A stretch of 64,000 nt of DNA from Bugula neritina (Eukaryota > Animalia > Bryozoa): NCBI GenBank assembly GCA_964035545.1, contig OZ037765.1, positions 17,608,995-17,672,994 of the forward strand, written 5' to 3'. Below the pieces are notes generated by a model, which did no database searches, was not told the DNA's origin, and saw only the letters and a program-made list of their open reading frames with translations. Below, piece after piece: positions 39,050-55,762 of this stretch. The position numbers and the translations under genes are program-made. Each line of letters starts with the position of its first letter. Position 1 is the first letter of the stretch.

Positions 39050-39850
39050 TAGCTGTTAGACAATAGTAATTTTACCACTATGGCTACCAATATCCTAATA
39101 TTAGCAGAGTAATCATTATAACCATCATAATTATAATTATACTGACTAACAGTAACAGCAACAACTAACAAGTATCACTTAGTCTTACCAGTCAGTATGG
39201 GAAACACTACCATTATGACTATTAGTATTAGTATTACTATAACTATGACTATAACTGTAGTCTATAAGTATAAGATAAACCTAAAGAGTAAGTACAAGTA
39301 AAACTGCAACTGTCTGCAACTGCAAATATTAGTTGTATTTAGTAACTCTAACTGTAACTTAAATTGTACAAGTAACACCAATTCTAAAACTAATAGTAAT
39401 ACTAATAGTTATATTCATAGTAAATGACAATGTAATAGTACTATTACTTGGTAGTATTACTATTAGTATTACTATTAAAATTAGTAATACTAATAGTAAT
39501 AGACAATAGTAATACCACCAAATTAAAAGTAAAACTTTACATAGTTCAATCATCAGTGACTAGGTCTAAGACTAATACTAATAGTAATAGTAATACTAAG
39601 TCTAATAGTAATACTTATGTAATATAAATATTTCTTATGTTTATACATATAATTATATTAATAATAATAATAATAATATTAATATCCATAACACTAAAAG
39701 TAAATTTAATTAATTATAATTATAATAATAATATTAATAACATTAACTATAAGTTACATTAATTATTAACTTTGTCTTTAGACTTAGTCTTCAATTTCAA
39801 GTGATTGAGTTTATTTGACGTAAACTTAAACTTAAAGTAAACATTGCATT
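39050..39850. repeat. TAG/TAA/TAC-triplet low-complexity tract in the presumed IFT22 5' UTR intron
   Basis: e.g. actaatagtaatactaatagt, actatgactataactgtagtctataagtataag. Confidence 0.8.
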
Positions 39851-40004
39851 TGCTGTTCCTGTTTCATTCCCCTTTGCTATTAATCTGTAATCATTTGATA
39901 TGAAAACTAAACTACAATTTAGAATACCTCTAAAAATAAATATACCCATATAATCATATTAATATGTTATTGTTCTACTCCTTGAGTAACAATCTCATAG
40001 TCAT

Positions 40005-40700
40005 CACTCACCACCGTGATAATATTTTTTCAATGACGCTTTGCTGTTGCTACGGTATAGTAATAGTATTCATGTGCCCCCCCCCCCCCCCCCGTTTTTA
40101 AAGAATGTCTCTTATGTGGCGGAGGCGGTTTAAGCAGGCCTAGCATCAACCTTGGTACAGTGCTTTCAAAAGGAAGATAACTCAATAGTACCTGCTCAAA
40201 CAGTTCGCATAAGATACATATCACTGAACTGAAACTATAGTTCAATGATACATATTATACTGAAATAGAAGATTTATTTCATTTCAAATAAAAAAGAACA
40301 TGTCTCTAGGCGTGGAATGTAACTAATAAAATATTTTGTTTATACATATAATAAATTATTATGCACAAGTACATAATACTGTATGTAATAAATAATAATA
40401 TGTGTTGCAATGTTTAGACTTTAGAATTTAGATAATAGTATATTTGATAAAGATATCAACATAATAGAGCGTCGTAATAGTTTTTAGAGTTATTTTTCCG
40501 TGACTATAAGTTTATACTATTTCGCACAGAGCTTCTATCTTGAATCCCCTTAGCTATCGGAAAATGTACTAATTGCCAACGGCCTTTTAAGAGAAACCTT
40601 AATATAATAACCATAACAGCATTAAGTTGAGCTGTAGAACTAGATAATATTATATTTATAGTTGTATTAATATAAATTCACTAATTTGAATTACTACTTC
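40005..40700. promoter_or_regulatory. Probable IFT22/PIGK bidirectional promoter region
   Basis: A minus-strand GTGAGT donor at ~40006-40011 suggests an IFT22 5' UTR exon. The PIGK ATG lies about 700 bp away on the plus strand, with scattered CpGs and a poly-C run at 40077-40093. Confidence 0.45.
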
Positions 40701-40709
40701 AAATTTAAA

Positions 40710-41789
40710 ATGCAATACTTTCTGTTCATTATTACTTTTTTTATTTTGACTGTCAACACCTTGGAAGAAACAAAGAAGCAGGACAAATCAACTTTTAAAG
40801 CAAGTCATAATGATAATCGCCACGAGTCTCCGGATTTTTCTTTTTTTCCTAGTAACCACACCAACAATTGGGCTGTGATAGTGGACACATCGAGATTTTG
40901 GTTTAATTATCGGCATGTTGCAAATGCATTGTCGTTCTACCGCAGTGTAAAACGCCTAGGAATTCCTGATAGCCAGATTATACTAATGTTGGCGGATGAT
41001 ATGGCGTGCAACCCAAGAAATCCCCAAGCGGCTACAGTTTTCAATAACAAAAACGAAGCTATCAATGTGTATGGAGATGATGTAGAAGTAGATTACAGAG
41101 GGTATGAAGTCACAGTAGAAAACTTTTTAAGAGTATTAACAGGTCGTCTACCAGAAACAACACCTCGATCAAAACGTCTGTTAACAGATGAAAGGAGCAA
41201 CGTTTTGGTTTATATGACTGGTCATGGTGGCGATGGATTTTTAAAATTTCAAGATGCAGAAGAAATATCTAGTGATGAGTTAGCTGATGCTTTTGGTCAA
41301 ATGCATCAAAAACTTCGTTATCATGAATTGCTTTTTATTATCGATACCTGCCAAGCAGCATCCATGTATAGAAAATTCTATTCCCCTAATATTGTTGCTA
41401 TAGCTTCTAGTAAAGTTGGTGAAGACTCTCTAAGCCATCACATAGATCCAGCGATAGGTGTATATGTTATTGATAGATATACTTATTATGCTTTAGACTT
41501 TTTAGAGAAAGTTAATTCTCAGAGTAAGAAAACTTTGGGACAATTCTTCAAAGTATGTCCTCGGCATCTTTGCAAATCTACAGTTACAACAAGAGTTGAT
41601 CTTTTCAACCGTGACCCTGACAATGTTTTAATGACGGATTTTTTTGGAAGTGTTCGAAATATTGAATTTCTGGTTGAACCTCAAACAACATTGAAAAATG
41701 TAGAGTCAAAACAGTGTTCATCTAGTGTAATCAGTGAGCCAAAGAGCAATTTTCAGTACAGTTATCTAACCCAGTTTCCTGTATTTTAA
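40710..41789 (+). CDS. PIGK: GPI-anchor transamidase catalytic subunit (peptidase C13), 359 aa, intronless CDS
   Basis: First ATG is at 40710 (the ORF track starts at an upstream TTG). Signal peptide, HTNNWAVIVDTSRFWFNYRHVAN, DDMACN, catalytic TGHGG and DTCQA, and SHHIDPAIGVYVIDRYTYY are present. Confidence 0.97.
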   Translation: MQYFLFIITFFILTVNTLEETKKQDKSTFKASHNDNRHESPDFSFFPSNHTNNWAVIVDTSRFWFNYRHVANALSFYRSVKRLGIPDSQIILMLADDMACNPRNPQAATVFNNKNEAINVYGDDVEVDYRGYEVTVENFLRVLTGRLPETTPRSKRLLTDERSNVLVYMTGHGGDGFLKFQDAEEISSDELADAFGQMHQKLRYHELLFIIDTCQAASMYRKFYSPNIVAIASSKVGEDSLSHHIDPAIGVYVIDRYTYYALDFLEKVNSQSKKTLGQFFKVCPRHLCKSTVTTRVDLFNRDPDNVLMTDFFGSVRNIEFLVEPQTTLKNVESKQCSSSVISEPKSNFQYSYLTQFPVF

Positions 41790-41917
41790 AAATAATATTG
41801 ACATCATGATGTATTTATCTGTTGTTTACAATTACATAATAAATATGTAATACACCAAAATACATGATATGCATTATTGCTAGAAAGTCAACATCTTTAT
41901 AAAAATGTACAGCTATG

Positions 41918-44125
41918 TCAATCCTGTTTTACAACCCCTACCAATGCTGGTCTGAGAACTCTTTCATTTAATGTGTAACCAGGCTTAGTAACAACAAAAA
42001 TTGTTCCTGCTTCTTTTTCAGGCATTGATTGCTGAAATACTGCCTCGTGAAAATTTGGGTCAAACTTTTGACCTTCAGGGTGCAATAATTTGACACCATG
42101 CTTCTCAAACACTTGCATCAACTGAGATTCAGTTAGTTTTAGCCCTTCATGCATACTCTTGACAACACTATTTTCTAGATGCTCAGCAGGAATATTTTCT
42201 GATGCTAGCCGTAATGTGTCTGCAACACTAAGCAGATCTTTGCAAAATCCCTGAATACCAAATTGCTTTGCATCGCCCACCTAAAATTTACAAATATAGT
42301 TAAATATTTAAGTAAAATAGAGGAGCATTCACTAAACATAACTATTCGAAGCTACTTTTATTCCATCAATGTTATGCATGTAATATTGTTGGCTAAATTT
42401 TAATCCCTTCAATAAAATAATTAAAGTTTCAAGTCAAGCAGTATCTTAATGTTTCCTGGTTGGTCAGAATGACCTGTTCTTGAAATAGCTACAGATACAA
42501 GCAAACCTGTTCGAAAAATTGCGCAATATCTGCGTAATAAATTTGATGGATACCAGGTTTTACAACGCCAGTTATACAAATTTCACCTGTCAAAAAATCT
42601 TAAAATATTTAGAATTATACACTAACAACTATTATTGGAAATGGAAAGTAGATTACAAAAAAGCAGCCAAGATCAGGTTACTAAAGCTAATAGAGCATCT
42701 TATGGTTAAAAAAGCATTTCAAGTACTATAGACTCACTATTGGAATCTCCGCAGCTAAATGGGGAATTAAATGTTAAGTTGGATGCTTGGTACATGAATC
42801 TTTGTGGCCACCTATTCACAAGTTGTGATTAACTGCATCAAAATTGATTTATGAACTAGACAACTCTACGCTGCATAGATTTAGCTAATTTTAAGCTTTC
42901 TAATGATGCAAAAAGGGCCAGGTACGGGGAGCTTTGAAAATGCTACTTATTGTTATAATTTTATTTCTAATTTAGTATGAAATAAAGCAAATTTTATGCA
43001 ACTGAACCTCACAAAATCTCCCATTATTAGATAAAGAATTTTCTTCTAAAATGTATAGATATTGTTTACAGCCAACTTGTTCTCTGCTCACCTGTTTCAT
43101 CATTCTCTGCCGAACATTTTCAGCCTCTGCAAGTGCACGGATATATTTATCCTACAAATGAAAAATAACGTATTTTTATGTTTTCACACACATTATATGA
43201 AACTACAAAATAAAATACATAAAGTAATATAAATACAAATATGCAATGCTACTATAAAAGAAAAATAAATCTGTGTATCTATAATTTCAACCTCTGTAGT
43301 TTTCACACTTTCTGTAAGCTTCAAATTTTCTTGCTTTAATTCAGTTAGCTCTGTATTATCTTCTACATTGGGCTTTTTTTTCCCTGTCGTATCTAAATCT
43401 TCGCCTTCAACAGGAGGTTTCTCAGAATTTCCAGGAACAGCTGATGAATAATGACGTATATGAAAACTATTCAGATGCTGGCAAATGTTCCAAGTAAGCT
43501 CATATTTTTTATGTCTACAATTTTAAAGTATAATACAAATAAAATACAATAGAATGAAAAAATAAAATTAACAAAAACAAAGATTTCGATTATTAACTTA
43601 TTCAAGTTGATAACAAGATATAGTTGTTTTTAAAAGATTACACATTTAAAAAATCAAATTACATTAAATAATTTAAATAGACTTATATAGCATTATTAGT
43701 ATGATCAGTTCAACAACAACTATGACGTATGACTATCGTATCACTATGACTGTATGAGTATGGCTATGGACTAAGTTCAAGTGCCAGTGCCATTACTAAT
43801 AGAACTTTAAAGTTTAATATACCGACTCTAAGACTAATTAGTAGTTCACTAGTTAGTTATTAGCAATTATATCAACATTATTGTTATAATTTTTAAATTT
43901 AATCACTATTGTATTTATTTATTATTATAATAATTTAAATTACTGTAATACTAATAGTAATAGTAATACTAATACTATTAGTAATACACTAATAGTAATT
44001 GTGTAACTCAAACTGTAAGTTAATAATTTAGTTACAAACTTTGCAACATTGAAGCAGGTCACAAAATCTGGTGAAGACTTTTTCAAAAACAATCTCATCG
44101 AGTTAAAACAAAGCTTAGTGGCCAT
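41918..44125 (-). CDS. GRPEL1: Mitochondrial GrpE nucleotide-exchange factor (GrpE-like 1)
   Basis: Join 44040-44125, ~43292-43514, 43092-43151, 41918-42280. Basic N-terminal presequence, DKYIRALAEAENVRQR, AKQFGIQGFCKDLLSVAD, FDPNFHEAVF and GYTLNERVLRPALVGV. Confidence 0.95.
43680..44035. repeat. TAG/TAA/TAC-triplet low-complexity tract in GrpE intron 1
   Basis: e.g. taatactaatagtaatagtaatactaatactattagtaatacactaatagtaat. Confidence 0.8.
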
Positions 44126-45412
44126 GTCTCTGTAAACAATCGTCACTTCTAAAGACTTAAATTGAATTAAAACTTGAACTTGCAAGCGTGATTTCGTGAT
44201 CACCCAGTGTACTAGAAAATTGTTATCAAGAAAAATGAAAACTTGAACTGTCACCGAAATAGAAACGTTATAATAAATTTGAGTATGGAACCAAGAATAA
44301 AAAGTTGTGGGAAAGGGACGGATTTTAAATTACATCACACTATGCGCTAAGTCTTTTTTTATGTAATGCAAGAACACGCAACATTTACTAGAACCATATT
44401 CAATCAAAAGCAGATAACTCCATGATGCGAATTAGCATTTTACCTCTGCACAGGAAGGTTGGTGGAACCAAAGAGTGAAAGGTGAAATATACATCACTCT
44501 GAGTGGAACCACTGAAGGGAAAGTATTATATTCCAGCGGGTGGAGCAGCTTCGTCCATTCTATGAACCTAGCCGTTGTACACAGACCTAAAAGGCTAATG
44601 TTTCAATCTCTAAATCAAACCATGGCAAATATTTCTAATTGAACAGTAATTATAACATAATATATTCCATGAAGATTAAGGACTTAAGTTTTTACCATTC
44701 CACACCAAAATTTTTAGTGGGATCTTCTCATTCTCAGAGTATGATTTCCTTATCTACAATGATCTACCTTGTAGCTCTAGTTGAGTTTTAAAAAAGTAAC
44801 TTTCATTTGAATAGATACACACCGTAGTTAGAAGGCCTAACCACCTGCATGATGACTACAAATATGCTACACTATAATATTACCATTCATCTGTGCAATA
44901 GATGCAGTACACCAGTAGGTGCAGATAATTACCTAGAAATCCTGAAGGTAATGCACACAATAGCACCAGTATAATTAATGTTCATCCTCAGAGTGATGAA
45001 CAAGCAGGCTAGTAGTCAAATGAAGTTGTTTTCCTAACCCCACAATAAAGCTAGCCATCAAAATAGACAAACAAGCACATTAACAGCATGTATTATAAAA
45101 TCATTATAAATTAAATTTACATTATGTAATAACATTAATAAAAGAATATTATGTCCTGGAAGACATTCCAAAAACATACTGCTATAAATATTTTATAAAT
45201 TGCAAGACACCTTTGGAACAAAGCAAGTGTAAAAAACTAACAGTATTAACCAATCTTATACACAAACACTCATTACATAGAAACAAATGATGTCAAAAAA
45301 TTCCAAATATACGTTTAAAATATAAAATTTCATAGAAAGTATGTCAAAATAGCAAATATACAATAAAGTGAATTAGTACTGGTAAAATGTTGCTATGTCA
45401 TGTAACTTCAAA

Positions 45413-51285
<5,873 letters not shown>

Positions 51286-52379
51286 CTAAATTTTATCAAA
51301 CCAAAAATATCATAGTACAAACAATGTAATAATTAATAAATTTACTTTTTATATATTCAACAAACATACCTATTAATTTCTGCAGCCATTAATTAAAGTC
51401 TATAGCAATATTTTTAAATAATAAAAGTTTGTACAACTGAAATCTATTTGAATGTAACGTGCCACTATTTTATGACATGTATAAAGCATTTTATTAAGCC
51501 AATGTTACTGAACATCACTAATATGAAAAGACTATAATCAAGTATAAATTTAAAGCTTCATAATATATTCGTACTATTGGCCATTATAATCAGGGATATT
51601 TCGATTGTGCAGCACAAGTAACATAAGTAAATAATGTTGTATACATTGCTATTACACATAAAAATGTCTGAATATAAATTCCAATATTATTCATATTTAT
51701 TTTAGTTATTATAAAAACCTACACAATACTAATATATTTTCATATCGGCAATAAATTTACCTGTAGCTGCAACAGTAGCAGTGGTGGAGGGATGCAGGTG
51801 GTGTAAGTGGTGGCAGTAGCAGTAATAAGTAATGGAAATGGTATTGCTGACTATTATTAAAATCCAAACTAAAGCAAAAACAAGACAGTTGCACATTTAA
51901 CATTTAACTCATATACTCTTATTGCTAAGGAGTCTACCTCAGCAGTTGGAATTTATTTATTAAACCATACACAGTAAATTTATAAGTAATCACATTTAAT
52001 TGCAACTTTATTATTATAACTAATAATAAAGTGTTTGTGATATAACTTTTATAAGTTACAACATGAGCATTTTAAATTAAATTCTTAGTTATTTACAGTC
52101 ACAGTAATATGGATATAATCATTATTGGCATTACTGCAAACTTTCAGATCAAACTTTTCATTCATGTTAAAAGTAAATATTTGGTAAGACTTTCGATTAA
52201 CAAATACAAGTATTATTACACACTGGGAATAATTAATTTTTTGATCAATAGTTCCAATACCTGTTACAACAAATATTACTACCATCTTTAAGTTTATGTT
52301 GGCCATAGTAAAAATGATAACTTTAAGCAACTTCAAAATAAGGTATTGACTCTTGTCTCTTGATGCTTTCTATTGCAGT

Positions 52380-53110
52380 AATTATTACTTCAAATTCAAC
52401 ACTTACAATGACTGAGTAAGTCATTAACACAAATAACTATTGTTATAATAAATACAACTACTAGTACAGTAGTACCACTGCTAATACTAATAGTAAAATG
52501 AGTACTGTAAGTTAGTAGTAATTATTATTAAGTGACTGTAGGAAATACTAAATATGATTAAGACTAATAGTAAATTCTAAAGCTGTAAAAGTTACCGATG
52601 GAGTCACTGTTAGACTTATACTTATAGAGTTATACTTGTAATATAACCATACAACTATAAGTATAAGTCTAGCATTGACTCTATAAGACATAGGATAGGT
52701 TATTTCTAGCCGTTGTCTTAAAGTTCAAGCTATAAGTATAACTTATATTTAAAACTTAACTTAAAAGATAACAGCTAAAAATAACTTATTATCATTATGT
52801 CTCATATATTATAATTTATAATCTAAAAATGTGTATTACTATTAGTATTACTATATTAGTATTAACTATCAAGTATTATGATTATCTATTGATTTTGAAT
52901 TTGATATTGTTAATGTTTTGCTTATGGCAATTACTAATTATTATTATCACTATTGCTATTAGTATTAGCATTAGTATAAGTATTATTAATTTAATTATAA
53001 TGTAATGGTAAATTTAAAGTTCAAGTCTTTAACTCAAATTCAAACTGAAAGACAGTCTGAGTCAAAACTCAAAAGTAAATAACTAAATTATAAACTGAAA
53101 CAATCTGCAA
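52380..53110. repeat. TAG/TAA/TAC-triplet low-complexity tract in the presumed DYRK1A first intron
   Basis: e.g. tattactattagtattactatattagtattaact, ctattagtattagcattagtataagtatt. Confidence 0.75.
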
Positions 53111-53129
53111 GAAAATGCGAGAACTTACC

Positions 53130-53520
53130 AATAGATATTATGCAAATACTTTTGCACAATGCAATTATTTATTTCAGTTACAAATGACCAGTAAGCGTGC
53201 GAAAGTCATGCAAAATTATAATTAGGTTGCAAATCGATGAATTCTACACAGCTAACGATTTGCTTAACAAAAACCAATATGGCGGAAATAGAATGGCTCC
53301 TTTTTCGTGTTGCCCAAGAGACGTCATTCAAAACAGGGACGCCACGCCTACAGCAAATCACGAGCGTTTGTAGTATCCCATTGGCTAATTATTATTTGTG
53401 TCATTAAAACACGTGGGCAACGTCTAAAAGTGCAGCTGGTATCATAGATTACAAATCGATGTCGGTGCACGAATCGAATTTTGCATACCTACCTGGTAGG
53501 CCCTACACGTATTTATAATT
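53130..53520 (-). promoter_or_regulatory. Probable DYRK1A first (non-coding) exon and promoter
   Basis: GTAAGT donor at 53123-53128; CpG-enriched; YY1-like AATATGGCGG at 53276, GACGTCA at ~53320, ATTGG at ~53380 and CACGTG at ~53410. Confidence 0.55.
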
Positions 53521-54289
53521 ACTGATAAAGCTGACTGCTTCAAGTAAAATAGCAATTAACACACAACCTAGTGCTGTATAACAGCAACGCAGACATCAAA
53601 GAGAAGGGACTGGAGATGTGTAGAGGACCTCTAGACGGAGAGGGTCTCAAACTGAACACCTGGAACCGGCTGGTGACACAGCTAGGTTAAGAATAAAAAA
53701 AGATGATAGTGAGGAATAGGCTGAACTCCCATAAACAACACCCTTTAAATACATTGGACCAACAATTCACTAAAAAGGGGGATGCAATTCGTGTTATATT
53801 CAATAAATAAGTCATTTTCTTATAATTGGACATTAACTTTTAGGCAATAACCTGATTTGTGTTTGTGGAAATACAACACATATGTGTCTGTATATTGTTC
53901 ATATTTTATTTTTGAATTTGACGTCAAGTCCAATTCAATAATAAGTTTTATATTTCTTCTAGTGCCTTGTTCTCAAATATTGCAGCCTGAAGTTAGAAGC
54001 AAAAGTTAAAAAGCAAGTTAATTATAAGCCTTTTAAGATTTGATGCATAAATATATTCATATATATGTGTCTTACCAGCCAGTAGTCAATATTTTTTAAT
54101 CAGTACATAATATGTTGCGATGAGTTTCAGAAAACAGTTCAAATTTTTAAAAATAACATAGAGGCAAGTATATCCAAAATTTCTGGAAATAATTAATTGT
54201 TGTATCAACAATAATAAATCATGCCACAATCACAGTAATGTATTCTTTTATTTAATTATTAAATAAGCTCTTTTATTAATCTAAGAGTA

Positions 54290-55603
54290 GGGGAGAGTGG
54301 GGCTAGTTGAACCACATGCTCTAAATTTCCTACCTTAAATAATTACACCATTTTATCTCCTTTACCTAGGAGCATTTTAGGTGAACTACCAAACATATGG
54401 AAATATATGAAATCAAAACAAAAGTTTTCAGGTGAGCAAGTATTTTTCACATCTTTTGCTTAAAAAATTACTAAACTAAAACTTCATTTTTTCATAAAAG
54501 GTTGCATAACTTCTCAAATTTTATTTATAGATCAGTCAAGTAAATTCAGGCATGTTTTGTCAACATGATCTCAAAGCTGAGAAATAACCTAACGTTACAG
54601 AGATATCTCATTCACAGCAGATAAATTGATAATAATTTGTAGCATGACAGTGTGGGGCTAGTTGAACCACATAGGAAGTGAGCGGAGTTGAACCAGGTAC
54701 AACTTGCCCCACTAATTATTTTCACTATGCTGATTCTAATTGGGCGCACCAATTTTTGCATTTAAGTTTATATTTTTCTTAATTAATTTTTTTCTGCCCT
54801 TAATATATAAATCCAAACATACATTTAGTCTTGGAACAAATGATAATGTAGGACAACAGTGTAATTAAACTATTTTGCAAATGTTTTCAGAATGGTGCAA
54901 AATTACATGCAGAAAACAAACAGGGGAACAGAAAAGGAAAGCTCAACTATACCAATGAATATGGTAAAGCAAGGCAGTGGTGTAATCATCTGCCACTGTT
55001 GAAAGCCTTTAAACAGCGGCCTCGAAAAAAGTTGGCTATGCTTAACCATACCTTGTATTTTCTGGTGTCATACGAGAGGACCCCATTCCATAACTGTAAC
55101 TTGTTTGAGGAAGAACTACAAAAAAAAAAGCTTTTGAGATTTCTTACCAATTTGCTGCTGCTGTTTTAAAACCTCTTCTTCATCGCCTATCTTTGAAATG
55201 TTAAATGGTTACAATGACAGATCACAGCCAGAGTTTCTGTTACGTGTTTATGCCAAGTTATTCTGATTTCTTTAATGATTTTTATTGTTAATCTTCAATA
55301 AATCATTTTTTTCAACTTGCAAAATAAGTAAAACAATTTTTATTATAGGATAAATGGCACTGGTTCAACTTTCACACGGGGCGGTTCAACCTGCCCCCTA
55401 CCAGGGCTCGTTGTGCCAAAAAACTTGCAGTCAAAAAATTGGCTCTATCTTAGTGAGTAAAATGTTTATGCATTTAATTTTAATGAACAAAGACAGCAAC
55501 ACATGACTGACTTTCATGGTGCTGGTCTTCGGATTGGCAAATATTTTCTTCAAAACCGATCCTCAAAAATGCAATTTCTGGTTCAACTAGCCCCATCCTC
55601 CCT
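54290..55603. mobile_element. Non-autonomous pogo-like DNA transposon (deletion derivative)
   Basis: 25 bp TIRs GGGGAGAGTGGGGCTAGTTGAACCA / TGGTTCAACTAGCCCCATCCTCCCT with TA flanks. Inner GTTGAACC repeats lie at ~54650-54695 and ~55361-55397. A short transposase-like start MVQNYMQKTNRG begins at 54892. Confidence 0.85.
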
Positions 55604-55762
55604 TATATCATTATGCTAACAATACAATTAAAACACGATACTCATTTTGATTCATATAAATATTCAAAAAACTAAAACTGAGTAATTTTTGCTACTTATC
55701 ATGCTGTGTGGCTCTGAACCTTGTCATAGCTTTACGCTAACAGAGTAACCTTATAACATATT

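Noticed and set aside
39359-39553. Hydrophobic membrane-peptide-like ORF (also 43940..44254 and 52085..52336)
   Set aside because: These result from translating AT-rich or TA-triplet intronic DNA; only the GrpE exon 1 part of 43940..44254 is real.
32047-41789. Functional cluster of GPI transamidase with a GPI-anchored substrate
   Set aside because: IFT22 lies between them, the GPI signal is unproven, and such adjacency is expected by chance in a compact animal genome.
53485-53503. ATACCTACCTGGTAGG resembling the U1 snRNA 5' end
   Set aside because: Similarity stops after ~16 nt, with no U1 stem-loops or Sm site.
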